NCBI GenBank assembly: GCA_964057225.1
Contig: OZ059896.1
Coordinates: 496,001-560,000, forward strand
Direction of reading: 5' to 3'
DNA length: 64,000 bases
DNA from: Auanema rhodensis
Lineage: Eukaryota; Animalia; Nematoda
This document shows positions 13,116 to 27,600 of this stretch, piece after piece (position 1 is the first letter of the stretch; each line of letters begins with the position of its first letter). A program made the position numbers and the translations under genes. A model generated the notes under the pieces. That model was not told the origin of the DNA. It saw only the letters and a program-made list of their open reading frames with translations, and searched no databases.

Positions 13116-13819
13116 CGTAAAATTCAAAGTCATGGTTACCATGCACCAATATCAATAAAAATTTGTTTTTAGACTAATATGGACATGGGGAATCTAATTT
13201 TGAAAACCGCATCTCTTTATCTTTCACGTGAAGCGAGTTACATACCAAGTGCACATCACGTGTACATTTAATTAGCATAAATTAAAGTTCACGTAAATTT
13301 CAAAGTCATGGTTACCATGCACCAATATCAATAAAAATTTGTTTTTAGACTAATATGGACATGGGGAATCTAATTTTGAAAACCGCATCTCTTTATCTTT
13401 CACGTGAAGCGAGTTACATACCAAGTGCACATCACGTGTACATTTAATTAGCATAAATTAAAGTTCACGTAAATTTCAAAGTCATGGTTACCATGCACCA
13501 ATATCGATAAAAATTTGTTTTTAGACTAATATGGACATGGGGAATCTAATTTTGAAAACCGCATCTCTTTATCTTTCACGTGAAGCGAGTTACATACCAA
13601 GTGCACATCACGTGTACATTTAATTAGCATAAATTAAAGTTCACGTAAATTTCAAAGTCATGGTTACCATGCACCAATATCAATAAAAATTTGTTTTTAG
13701 ACTAATATGGACATGGGGAATCTAATTTTGAAAACCGCATCTCTTTAACTTTCACGTGAAGCGAGTTACATACCAAGTGCACATCACGTGTACATTTAAT
13801 TAGCATAAAATAAAGTTCA

Positions 13820-14004
13820 CGTAAATTTCAAAGTCATGGTTACCATGAACCAATATCAATAAAAATTTGTTTTTAGACTAATATGGACATGGGGAATCTA
13901 ATTTTGAAAACCGCATCTCTTTATCTTTCACGTGAAGCGAGTTACATAAGTTACATACCAAGTGCACATCACGTGTACATTTAATTAGCATAAATTAAAG
14001 TTCA
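13820..14004 (+). repeat. 185-bp variant monomer (+9 bp duplication only)
   Basis: agttacata twice at 13940-13957. Confidence 0.95.
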
Positions 14005-15236
14005 CGTAAATTTCAAAGTCATGGTTACCATGCACCAATATCAATAAAAATTTGTTTTTAGACTAATATGGACATGGGGAATCTAATTTCGAAAACCGCA
14101 TCTCTTTATCTTTCACGTGAAGCGAGTTACATACCAAGTGCACATCACGTGTACATTTAATTAGCATAAATTAAAGTTCACGTAAATTTCAAAGTCATGG
14201 TTACCATGCACCAATATCAATAAAAATTTGTTTTTAGACTAATATGGACATGGGGAATCTAATTTTGAAAACCGCATCTCTTTATCTTTCACGTGAAGCG
14301 AGTTACATACCAAGTGCACATCACGTGTACATTTAATTAGCATAAATTAAAGTTCACGTAAATTTCAAAGTCATGGTTACCATGAACCAATATCAATAAA
14401 AATTTGTTTTTAGACTAATATGGACATGGGGAATCTAATTTTGAAAACCGCATCTCTTTATCTTTCACGTGAAGCGAGTTACATACCAAGTGCACATCAC
14501 GTGTACATTTAATTAGCATAAATTAAAGTTCACGTAAATTTCAAAGTCATGGTTACCATGCACCAATATCAATAAAAATTTGTTTTTAGACTAATATGGA
14601 CATGGGGAATCTAATTTTGAAAACCGCATCTCTTTATCTTTCACGTGAAGCGAGTTACATACCAAGTGCACATCACGTGTACATTTAATTAGCATAAATT
14701 AAAGTTCACGTAAATTTCAAAGTCATGGTTACCATGAACCAATATCAATAAAAATTTGTTTTTAGACTAATATGGACATGGGGAATCTAATTTTGAAAAC
14801 CGCATCTCTTTATCTTTCACGTGAAGCGAGTTACATACCAAGTGCACATCACGTGTACATTTAATTAGCATAAATTAAAGTTCACGTAAAATTCAAAGTC
14901 ATGGTTACCATGCACCAATATCAATAAAAATTTGTTTTTAGACTAATATGGACATGGGGAATCTAATTTTGAAAACCGCATCTCTTTATCTTTCACGTGA
15001 AGCGAGTTACATACCGAGTGCACATCACGTGTACATTTAATTAGCATAAAATAAAGTTCACGTAAATTTCAAAGTCATGGTTACCATGAACCAATATCAA
15101 TAAAAATTTGTTTTTAGACTAATATGGACATGGGTAATCTAATTTTGAAAACCGCATCTCTTTATCTTTCACGTGAAGCGAGTTACATACCAAGTGCACA
15201 TCACGTGTACATTTAATTAGCATAAATTAAAGTTCA

Positions 15237-15458
15237 CGTAAATTTCAAAGTCATGGTTACCATGCACCAATATCAATAAAAATTTGTTTTTAGACTAATA
15301 TGGACATGGGGAATCTAATTTTGAAAACCGCATCTCTTTATCTTTCACGTGAAGCGAGTTACATAAGTTACATACCAAGTGCACATCACGTGACGTGAAG
15401 CGAGTTACATACCAAGTGCACATCACGTGTACATTTAATTAGCATAAATTAAAGTTCA
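15237..15458 (+). repeat. 222-bp variant monomer (third copy)
   Basis: Same structure at 15357-15429. Offset from the second copy is 2343 = 13x176+55. Confidence 0.95.
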
Positions 15459-16162
15459 CGTAAATTTCAAAGTCATGGTTACCATGCACCAATATCAATA
15501 AAAATTTGTTTTTAGACTAATATGGACATGGGGAATCTAATTTTGAAAACCGCATCTCTTTATCTTTCACGTGAAGCGAGTTACATACCAAGTGCACATC
15601 ACGTGTACATTTAATTAGCATAAATTAAAGTTCACGTAAATTTCAAAGTCATGGTTACCATGCACCAATATCAATAAAAATTTGTTTTTAGACTAATATG
15701 GACATGGGGAATCTAATTTTGAAAACCGCATCTCTTTATCTTTCACGTGAAGCGAGTTACATACCAAGTGCACATCACGTGTACATTTAATTAGCATAAA
15801 TTAAAGTTCACGTAAATTTCAAAGTCATGGTTACCATGCACCAATATCGATAAAAATTTGTTTTTAGACTAATATGGACATGGGGAATCTAATTTTGAAA
15901 ACCGCATCTCTTTATCTTTCACGTGAAGCGAGTTACATACCAAGTGCACATCACGTGTACATTTAATTAGCATAAATTAAAGTTCACGTAAATTTCAAAG
16001 TCATGGTTACCATGCACCAATATCAATAAAAATTTGTTTTTAGACTAATATGGACATGGGGAATCTAATTTTGAAAACCGCATCTCTTTAACTTTCACGT
16101 GAAGCGAGTTACATACCAAGTGCACATCACGTGTACATTTAATTAGCATAAAATAAAGTTCA

Positions 16163-16347
16163 CGTAAATTTCAAAGTCATGGTTACCATGAACCAATATC
16201 AATAAAAATTTGTTTTTAGACTAATATGGACATGGGGAATCTAATTTTGAAAACCGCATCTCTTTATCTTTCACGTGAAGCGAGTTACATAAGTTACATA
16301 CCAAGTGCACATCACGTGTACATTTAATTAGCATAAATTAAAGTTCA
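16163..16347 (+). repeat. 185-bp variant monomer (second copy)
   Basis: agttacata twice at 16283-16300. Offset from the 13940 copy is 2343. Confidence 0.95.
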
Positions 16348-18459
16348 CGTAAATTTCAAAGTCATGGTTACCATGCACCAATATCAATAAAAATTTGTTT
16401 TTAGACTAATATGGACATGGGGAATCTAATTTCGAAAACCGCATCTCTTTATCTTTCACGTGAAGCGAGTTACATACCAAGTGCACATCACGTGTACATT
16501 TAATTAGCATAAATTAAAGTTCACGTAAATTTCAAAGTCATGGTTACCATGCACCAATATCAATAAAAATTTGTTTTTAGACTAATATGGACATGGGGAA
16601 TCTAATTTTGAAAACCGCATCTCTTTATCTTTCACGTGAAGCGAGTTACATACCAAGTGCACATCACGTGTACATTTAATTAGCATAAATTAAAGTTCAC
16701 GTAAATTTCAAAGTCATGGTTACCATGAACCAATATCAATAAAAATTTGTTTTTAGACTAATATGGACATGGGGAATCTAATTTTGAAAACCGCATCTCT
16801 TTATCTTTCACGTGAAGCGAGTTACATACCAAGTGCACATCACGTGTACATTTAATTAGCATAAATTAAAGTTCACGTAAAATTCAAAGTCATGGTTACC
16901 ATGCACCAATATCAATAAAAATTTGTTTTTAGACTAATATGGACATGGGGAATCTAATTTTGAAAACCGCATCTCTTTATCTTTCACGTGAAGCGAGTTA
17001 CATACCGAGTGCACATCACGTGTACATTTAATTAGCATAAATTAAAGTTCACGTAAATTTCAAAGTCATGGTTACCATGAACCAATATCAATAAAAATTT
17101 GTTTTTAGACTAATATGGACATGGGTAATCTAATTTTGAAAACCGCATCTCTTTATCTTTCACGTGAAGCGAGTTACATACCAAGTGCACATCACGTGTA
17201 CATTTAATTAGCATAAATTAAAGTTCACGTAAATTTCAAAGTCATGGTTACCATGCACCAATATCAATAAAAATTTGTTTTTAGACTAATATGGACATGG
17301 GGGATCTAATTTTGAAAACCGCATCTCTTTATCTTTCACGTGAAGCGAGTTACATACCAAGTGCACATCACGTGTACATTTAATTAGCATAAATTAAAGT
17401 TCACGTAAATTTCAAAGTCATGGTTACCATGAACCAATATCAATAAAAATTTGTTTTTAGACTAATATGGACATGGGTAATCTAATTTTGAAAACCGCAT
17501 CTCTTTATCTTTCACGTGAAGCGAGTTACATACCAAGTGCACATCACGTGTACATTTAATTAGCATAAATTAAAGTTCACGTAAATTTCAAAGTCATGGT
17601 TACCATGCACCAATATCAATAAAAATTTGTTTTTAGACTAATATGGACATGAGGAATCTAATTTTGAAAACCGCATCTCTTTATCTTTCACGTGAAGCGA
17701 GTTACATACCAAGTGCACATCACGTGTACATTTAATTAGCATAAATTAAAGTTCACGTAAATTTCAAAGTCATGGTTACCATGCACCAATATCAATAAAA
17801 ATTTGTTTTTAGACTAATATGGAGATGAGGAATCTAATTTTGAAAACCGCATCTCTTTATCTTTCACGTGAAGCGAGTTACATACCAAGTGCACATCACG
17901 TGTACATTTAATTAGCATAAATTAAAGTTCACGTAAATTTCAAAGTCATGGTTACCATGCACCAATATCAATAAAAATTAGTTTTTAGACTAATATGGAC
18001 ATGGGGAATCTAATTTTGAAAACCGCATCTCTTTATCTTTCACGTGAAGCGAGTTACATACCAAGTGCACATCACGTGTACATTTAATTAGCATAAATTA
18101 AAGTTCACGTAAATTTCAAAGTCATGGTTACCATGAAGCAATATCAATAAAAATTTGTTTTTAGACTAATATGGACATGGGGAATCTAATTTTGAAAACC
18201 GCATCTCTTTATCTTTCACGTGAAGCGAGTTACATACCAAGTGCACATCACGTGTACATTTAATTAGCATAAATTAAAGTTCACGTAAATTTCAAAGTCA
18301 TGGTTACCATGAACCAATATCAATAAAAATTTGTTTTTAGACTAATATGGACATGGGGAATCTAATTTTGAAAACCGCATCTCTTTATCTTTCACGTGAA
18401 GCGAGTTACATACCAAGTGCACATCACGTGTACATTTAATTAGCATAAATTAAAGTTCA

Positions 18460-18657
18460 CGTAAAATTCAAAGTCATGGTTACCATGCACCAATATCAAT
18501 AAAAATTTGTTTTTAGACTAATATGGACATGGGGAATCTAAAATATGGACATGGGGAATCTAATTTTGAAAACCGCATCTCTTTATCTTTCACGTGAAGC
18601 GAGTTACATACCGAGTGCACATCACGTGTACATTTAATTAGCATAAATTAAAGTTCA
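18460..18657 (+). repeat. 198-bp variant monomer (+22 bp tandem duplication)
   Basis: aatatggacatggggaatctaa at 18520-18541 and again at 18542-18563. Confidence 0.95.
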
Positions 18658-21600
18658 CGTAAATTTCAAAGTCATGGTTACCATGAACCAATATCAATAA
18701 AAATTTGTTTTTAGACTAATATGGACATGGGTAATCTAATTTTGAAAACCGCATCTCTTTATCTTTCACGTGAAGCGAGTTACATACCAAGTGCACATCA
18801 CGTGTACATTTAATTAGCATAAATTAAAGTTCACGTAAATTTCAAAGTCATGGTTACCATGCACCAATATCAATAAAAATTTGTTTTTAGACTAATATGG
18901 ACATGGGGGATCTAATTTTGAAAACCGCATCTCTTTATCTTTCACGTGAAGCGAGTTACATACCAAGTGCACATCACGTGTACATTTAATTAGCATAAAT
19001 TAAAGTTCACGTAAATTTCAAAGTCATGGTTACCATGAACCAATATCAATAAAAATTTGTTTTTAGACTAATATGGACATGGGTAATCTAATTTTGAAAA
19101 CCGCATCTCTTTATCTTTCACGTGAAGCGAGTTACATACCAAGTGCACATCACGTGTACATTTAATTAGCATAAATTAAAGTTCACGTAAATTTCAAAGT
19201 CATGGTTACCATGCACCAATATCAATAAAAATTTGTTTTTAGACTAATATGGACATGAGGAATCTAATTTTGAAAACCGCATCTCTTTATCTTTCACGTG
19301 AAGCGAGTTACATACCAAGTGCACATCACGTGTACATTTAATTAGCATAAATTAAAGTTCACGTAAATTTCAAAGTCATGGTTACCATGCACCAATATCA
19401 ATAAAAATTTGTTTTTAGACTAATATGGACATGAGGAATCTAATTTTGAAAACCGCATCTCTTTATCTTTCACGTGAAGCGAGTTACATACCAAGTGCAC
19501 ATCACGTGTACATTTAATTAGCATAAATTAAAGTTCACGTAAATTTCAAAGTCATGGTTACCATGCACCAATATCAATAAAAATTAGTTTTTAGACTAAT
19601 ATGGACATGGGGGATCTAATTTTGAAAACCGCATCTCTTTTTCTTTCACGTGAAGCGAGTTACATACCAAGTGCACATCACGTGTACATTTAATTAGCAT
19701 AAATTAAAGTTCACGTAAATTTCAAAGTCATGGTTACCATGAACCAATATCAATAAAAATTTGTTTTTAGACTAATATGGACATGGGTAATCTAATTATG
19801 AAAACCGCATCTCTTTAACTTTCACGTGAAGCGAGTTACATACCAAGTGCACATCACGTGTACATTTAATTAGCATAAATTAAAGTTCACGTAAATTTCA
19901 AAGTCATGGTTACCATGCACCAATATCAATAAAAATTTGTTTTTAGACTAATATGGACATGGGGAATCTAATTTTGAAAACCGCATCTCTTTATCTTTCA
20001 CGTGAAGCGAGTTACATACCAAGTGCACATCACGTGTACATTTAATTAGCATAAATTAAAGTTCACGTAAATTTCAAAGTCGTGGTTACCATGCACCAAT
20101 ATCAATAAAAATTTGTTTTTAGACTAATATGGACATGGGGAATCTAATTTTGAAAACCGTATCTCTTTATCTTTCACGTGAAGCGAGTTACATACCAAGT
20201 GCACATCACGTGTACATTTAATTAGCATAAATTAAAGTTCACGTAAATTTCAAAGTCATGGTTACCATGCACCAATATCAATAAAAATTTGTTTTTAGAC
20301 TAATATGGACATGGGTAATCTAATTTTGAAAACCGCATCTCTTTATCTTTCACGTGAAGCGAGTTACATACCAAGTGCACATCACGTGTACATTTAATTA
20401 GCATAAATTAAAGTTCACGTAAATTTCAAAGTCATGGTTACCATGCACCAATATCAATAAAAATTTGTTTTTAGACTAATATGGACATGGGGAATCTAAT
20501 TTTGAAAACCGCATCTCTTTATCTTTCACGTGAAGCGAGTTACATACCAAGTGCACATCACGTGTACATTTAATTAGCATAAATTAAAGTTCACGTAAAT
20601 TTCAAAGTCATGGTTACCATGAACCAATATCAATAAAAATTTGTTTTTAGACTAATATGGACATGGGGAATCTAATTTTGAAAACCGCATCTCTTTATCT
20701 TTCACGTGAAGCGAGTTACATACCAAGTGCACATCACGTGTACATTTAATTAGCATAAATTAAAGTTCACGTAAATTTCAAAGTCATGGTTACCATGAAC
20801 CAATATCAATAAAAATTTGTTTTTAGACTAATATGGACATGGGGAATCTAATTTTGAAAACCGCATCTCTTTATCTTTCACGTGAAGCGAGTTACATACC
20901 AAGTGCACATCACGTGTACATTTAATTAGCATAAATTAAAGTTCACGTAAAATTCAAAGTCATGGTTACCATGCACCAATATCAATAAAAATTTGTTTTT
21001 AGACTAATATGGACATGGGGAATCTAATTTTGAAAACCGCATCTCTTTATCTTTCACGTGAAGCGAGTTACATACCAAGTGCACATCACGTGTACATTTA
21101 ATTAGCATAAATTAAAGTTCACGTAAATTTCAAAGTCATGGTTACCATGCACCAATATCAATAAAAATTTGTTTTTAGACTAATATGGACATGGGGAATC
21201 TAATTTTGAAAACCGCATCTCTTTATCTTTCACGTGAAGCGAGTTACATACCAAGTGCACATCACGTGTACATTTAATTAGCATAAATTAAAGTTCACGT
21301 AAATTTCAAAGTCGTGGTTACCATGCACCAATATCAATAAAAATTTGTTTTTAGACTAATATGGACATGGGGAATCTAATTTTGAAAACCGCATCTCTTT
21401 ATCTTTCACGTGAAGCGAGTTACATACCAAGTGCACATCACGTGTACATTTAATTAGCATAAATTAAAGTTCACGTAAATTTCAAAGTCATGGTTACCAT
21501 GCACCAATATCAATAAAAATTTGTTTTTAGACTAATATGGACATGGGGAATCTAATTTTGAAAACCGTATCTCTTTATCTTTCACGTGAAGCGAGTTACA

Positions 21601-24600
21601 TACCAAGTGCACATCACGTGTACATTTAATTAGCATAAATTAAAGTTCACGTAAATTTCAAAGTCATGGTTACCATGCACCAATATCAATAAAAATTTGT
21701 TTTTAGACTAATATGGACATGGGGAATCTAATTTTGAAAACCGCATCTCTTTATCTTTCACGTGAAGCGAGTTACATACCAAGTGCACATCACGCGTACA
21801 TTTAATTAGCATAAATTAAAGTTCACGTAAATTTCAAAGTCATGGTTACCATGCACCAATATCAATAAAAATTTGTTTTTAGACTAATATGGACATGGGT
21901 AATCTAATTTTGAAAACCGCATCTCTTTATCTTTCACGTGAAGCGAGTTACATACCAAGTGCACATCACGTGTACATTTAATTAGCATAAATTAAAGTTC
22001 ACGTAAATTTCAAAGTCATGGTTACCATGCACCAATATCAATAAAAATTTGTTTTTAGACTAATATGGACATGGGGAATCTAATTTTGAAAACCGCATCT
22101 CTTTATCTTTCACGTGAAGCGAGTTACATACCAAGTGCACATCACGTGTACATTTAATTAGCATAAATTAAAGTTCACGTAAATTTCAAAGTCATGGTTA
22201 CCATGAACCAATATCAATAAAAATTTGTTTTTAGACTAATATGGACATGGGGAATCTAATTTTGAAAACCGCATCTCTTTATCTTTCACGTGAAGCGAGT
22301 TACATACCAAGTGCACATCACGTGTACATTTAATTAGCATAAATTAAAGTTCACGTAAATTTCAAAGTCATGGTTACCATGAACCAATATCAATAAAAAT
22401 TTGTTTTTAGACTAATATGGACATGGGGAATCTAATTTTGAAAACCGCATCTCTTTATCTTTCACGTGAAGCGAGTTACATACCAAGTGCACATCACGTG
22501 TACATTTAATTAGCATAAATTAAAGTTCACGTAAAATTCAAAGTCATGGTTACCATGCACCAATATCAATAAAAATTTGTTTTTAGACTAATATGGACAT
22601 GGGGAATCTAATTTTGAAAACCGCATCTCTTTATCTTTCACGTGAAGCGAGTTACATACCAAGTGCACATCACGTGTACATTTAATTAGCATAAATTAAA
22701 GTTCACGTAAATTTCAAAGTCATGGTTACCATGCACCAATATCAATAAAAATTTGTTTTTAGACTAATATGGACATGGGGAATCTAATTTTGAAAACCGC
22801 ATCTCTTTATCTTTCACGTGAAGCGAGTTACATACCAAGTGCACATCACGTGTACATTTAATTAGCATAAATTAAAGTTCACGTAAATTTCAAAGTCATG
22901 GTTACCATGCACCAATATCGATAAAAATTTGTTTTTAGACTAATATGGACATGGGGAATCTAATTTTGAAAACCGCATCTCTTTATCTTTCACGTGAAGC
23001 GAGTTACATACCAAGTGCACATCACGTGTACATTTAATTAGCATAAATTAAAGTTCACGTAAATTTCAAAGTCATGGTTACCATGCACCAATATCAATAA
23101 AAATTTGTTTTTAGACTAATATGGACATGGGGAATCTAATTTTGAAAACCGCATCTCTTTATCTTTCACGTGAAGCGAGTTACATACCAAGTGCACATCA
23201 CGTGTACATTTAATTAGCATAAATTAAAGTTCACGTAAATTTCAAAGTCATGGTTACCATGAAGCAATATCAATAAAAATTTGTTTTTAGACTAATATGG
23301 ACATGGGGAATCTAATTTTGAAAACCGCATCTCTTTATCTTTCACGTGAAGCGAGTTACATACCAAGTGCACATCACGTGTACATTTAATTAGCATAAAT
23401 TAAAGTTCACGTAAATTTCAAAGTCATGGTTACCATGAACCAATATCAATAAAAATTTGTTTTTAGACTAATATGGACATGGGGAATCTAATTTTGAAAA
23501 CCGCATCTCTTTATCTTTCACGTGAAGCGAGTTACATACCAAGTGCACATCACGTGTACATTTAATTAGCATAAATTAAAGTTCACGTAAAATTCAAAGT
23601 CATGGTTACCATGCACCAATATCAATAAAAATTTGTTTTTAGACTAATATGGACATGGGGAATCTAATTTTGAGAACCGCATCTCTTTATCTTTCACGTG
23701 AAGCGAGTTACATACCAAGTGCACATCACGTGTACATTTAATTAGCATAAATTAAAGTTCACGTAAATTTCAAAGTCATGGTTACCATGCACCAATATCA
23801 ATAAAAATTTGTTTTTAGACTAATATGGACATGGGGAATCTAATTTTGAAAACCGCATCTCTTTATCTTTCACGTGAAGCGAGTTACATACCAAGTGCAC
23901 ATCACGTGTACATTTAATTAGCATAAATTAAAGTTCACGTAAATTTCAAAGTCATGGTTACCATGAACCAATATCAATAAAAATTTGTTTTTAGACTAAT
24001 ATGGACATGGGGAATCTAATTTTGAAAACCGCATCTCTTTATCTTTCACGTGAAGCGAGTTACATACCAAGTGCACATCACGTGTACATTTAATTAGCAT
24101 AAATTAAAGTTCACGTAAAATTCAAAGTCATGGTTACCATGCACCAATATCAATAAAAATTTGTTTTTAGACTAATATGGACATGGGGAATCTAATTTTG
24201 AGAACCGCATCTCTTTATCTTTCACGTGAAGCGAGTTACATACCAAGTGCACATCACGTGTACATTTAATTAGCATAAATTAAAGTTCACGTAAATTTCA
24301 AAGTCATGGTTACCATGCACCAATATCAATAAAAATTTGTTTTTAGACTAATATGGACATGGGGAATCTAATTTTGAAAACCGCATCTCTTTAACTTTCA
24401 CGTGAAGCGAGTTACATACCAAGTGCACATCACGTGTACATTTAATTAGCATAAATTAAAGTTCACGTAAATTTCAAAGTCATGGTTACCATGAACCAAT
24501 ATCAATAAAAATTTGTTTTTAGACTAATATGGACATGGGGAATCTAATTTTGAAAACCGCATCTCTTTATCTTTCACGTGAAGCGAGTTACATACCAAGT

Positions 24601-27600
24601 GCACATCACGTGTACATTTAATTAGCATAAATTAAAGTTCACGTAAATTTCAAAGTCATGGTTACCATGCACCAATATCAATAAAAATTTGTTTTTAGAC
24701 TAATATGGACATGGGGAATCTAATTTTGAAAACCGCATCTCTTTATCTTTCACGTGAAGCGAGTTACATACCAAGTGCACATCACGTGTACATTTAATTA
24801 GCATAAATTAAAGTTCACGTAAATTTCAAAGTCATGGTTACCATGAACCAATATCAATAAAAATTTGTTTTTAGACTAATATGGACATGGGGAATCTAAT
24901 TTTGAAAACCGCATCTCTTTATCTTTCACGTGAAGCGAGTTACATACCAAGTGCACATCACGTGTACATTTAATTAGCATAAATTAAAGTTCACGTAAAT
25001 TTCAAAGTCATGGTTACCATGAAGCAATATCAATAAAAATTTGTTTTTAGACTAATATGGACATGGGGAATCTAATTTTGAAAACCGCATCTCTTTATCT
25101 TTCACGTGAAGCGAGTTACATACCAAGTGCACATCACGTGTACATTTAATTAGCATAAATTAAAGTTCACGTAAATTTCAAAGTCATGGTTACCATGAAC
25201 CAATATCAATAAAAATTTGTTTTTAGACTAATATGGACATGGGGAATCTAATTTTGGAAACCGCATCTCTTTATCTTTCACGTGAAGCGAGTTACATACC
25301 AAGTGCACATCACGTGTACATTTAATTAGCATAAATTAAAGTTCACGTAAATTTCAAAGTCATGGTTACCATGAACCAATATCAATAAAAATTTGTTTTT
25401 AGACTAATATGGACATGGGGAATCTAATTTTGAAAACCGCATCTCTTTATCTTTCACGTGAAGCGAGTTACATACCAAGTGCACATCACGTGTACATTTA
25501 ATTAGCATAAATTAAAGTTCACGTAAATTTCAAAGTCATGGTTACCATGAAGCAATATCAATAAAAATTTGTTTTTAGATTAATATGGACATGGGGAATC
25601 TAATTTTGAAAACCGCATCTCTTTATCTTTCACGTGAAGCGAGTTACATACCAAGTGCACATCACGTGTACATTTAATTAGCATAAATTAAAGTTCACGT
25701 AAATTTCAAAGTCATGGTTACCATGAACCAATATCAATAAAAATTTGTTTTTAGACTAATATGGACATGGGGAATCTAATTTTGAAAACCGCATCTCTTT
25801 ATCTTTCACGTGAAGCGAGTTACATACCAAGTGCACATCACGTGTACATTTAATTAGCATAAATTAAAGTTCACGTAAAATTCAAAGTCATGGTTACCAT
25901 GCACCAATATCAATAAAAATTTGTTTTTAGACTAATATGGACATGGGGAATCTAATTTTGAAAACCGCATCTCTTTATCTTTCACGTGAAGCGAGTTACC
26001 TACCAAGTGCACATCACGTGTACATTTAATTAGCATAAATTAAAGTTCACGTAAATTTCAAAGTCATGGTTACCATGAACCAATATCAATAAAAATTTGT
26101 TTTTAGACTAATATGGACATGGGGAATCTAATTTTGGAAACCGCATCTCTTTATCTTTCACGTGAAGCGAGTTACATACCAAGTGCACATCACGTGTACA
26201 TTTAATTAGCATAAATTAAAGTTCACGTAAATTTCAAAGTCATGGTTACCATGAACCAATATCAATAACAATTTGTTTTTAGACTAATATGGACATGGGG
26301 AATCTAATTTTGGAAACCGCATCTCTTTATCTTTCACGTGAAGCGAGTTACATACCAAGTGCACATCACGTGTACATTTAATTAGCATAAATTAAAGTTC
26401 ACGTAAATTTCAAAGTCATGGTTACCATGAAGCAATATCAATAAAAATTTGTTTTTAGACTAATATGGACATGGGGAATCTAATTTTGAAAACCGCATCT
26501 CTTTATCTTTCACGTGAAGCGAGTTACATACCAAGTGCACATCACGTGTACATTTAATTAGCATAAATTAAAGTTCACGTAAATTTCAAAGTCATGGTTA
26601 CCATGAACCAATATCAATAAAAATTTGTTTTTAGACTAATATGGACATGGGGAATCTAATTTTGAAAACCGCATCTCTTTATCTTTCACGTGAAGCGAGT
26701 TACATACCAAGTGCACATCACGTGTACATTTAATTAGCATAAATTAAAGTTCACGTAAAATTCAAAGTCATGGTTACCATGCACCAATATCAATAAAAAT
26801 TTGTTTTTAGACTAATATGGACATGGGGAATCTAATTTTGAGAACCGCATCTCTTTATCTTTCACGTGAAGCGAGTTACATACCAAGTGCACATCACGTG
26901 TACATTTAATTAGCATAAATTAAAGTTCACGTAAATTTCAAAGTCATGGTTACCATGCACCAATATCAATAAAAATTTGTTTTTAGACTAATATGGACAT
27001 GGGGAATCTAATTTTGAAAACCGCATCTCTTTAACTTTCACGTGAAGCGAGTTACATACCAAGTGCACATCACGTGTACATTTAATTAGCATAAATTAAA
27101 GTTCACGTAAATTTCAAAGTCATGGTTACCATGAACCAATATCAATAAAAATTTGTTTTTAGACTAATATGGACATGGGGAATCTAATTTTGAAAACCGC
27201 ATCTCTTTATCTTTCACGTGAAGCGAGTTACATACCAAGTGCACATCACGTGTACATTTAATTAGCATAAATTAAAGTTCACGTAAAATTCAAAGTCATG
27301 GTTACCATGCACCAATATCAATAAAAATTTGTTTTTAGACTAATATGGACATGGGGAATCTAATTTTGAAAACCGCATCTCTTTATCTTTTACGTGAAGC
27401 GAGTTACATACCAAGTGCACATCACGTGTACATTTAATTAGCATAAATTAAAGTTCACGTAAAATTCAAAGTCATGGTTACCATGCACCAATATCAATAA
27501 AAATTTGTTTTTAGACTAATATGGACATGGGGAATCTAATTTTGAAAACCGCATCTCTTTATCTTTCACGTGAAGCGAGTTACATACCAAGTGCACATCA

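Noticed and set aside
1936-18657. Indels sum to +177 bp (3x46 + 2x9 + 22 - 1), almost exactly restoring the 176-bp register
   Set aside because: Most likely coincidence. It depends on the window start, and no mechanism would enforce phase over 17 kb.
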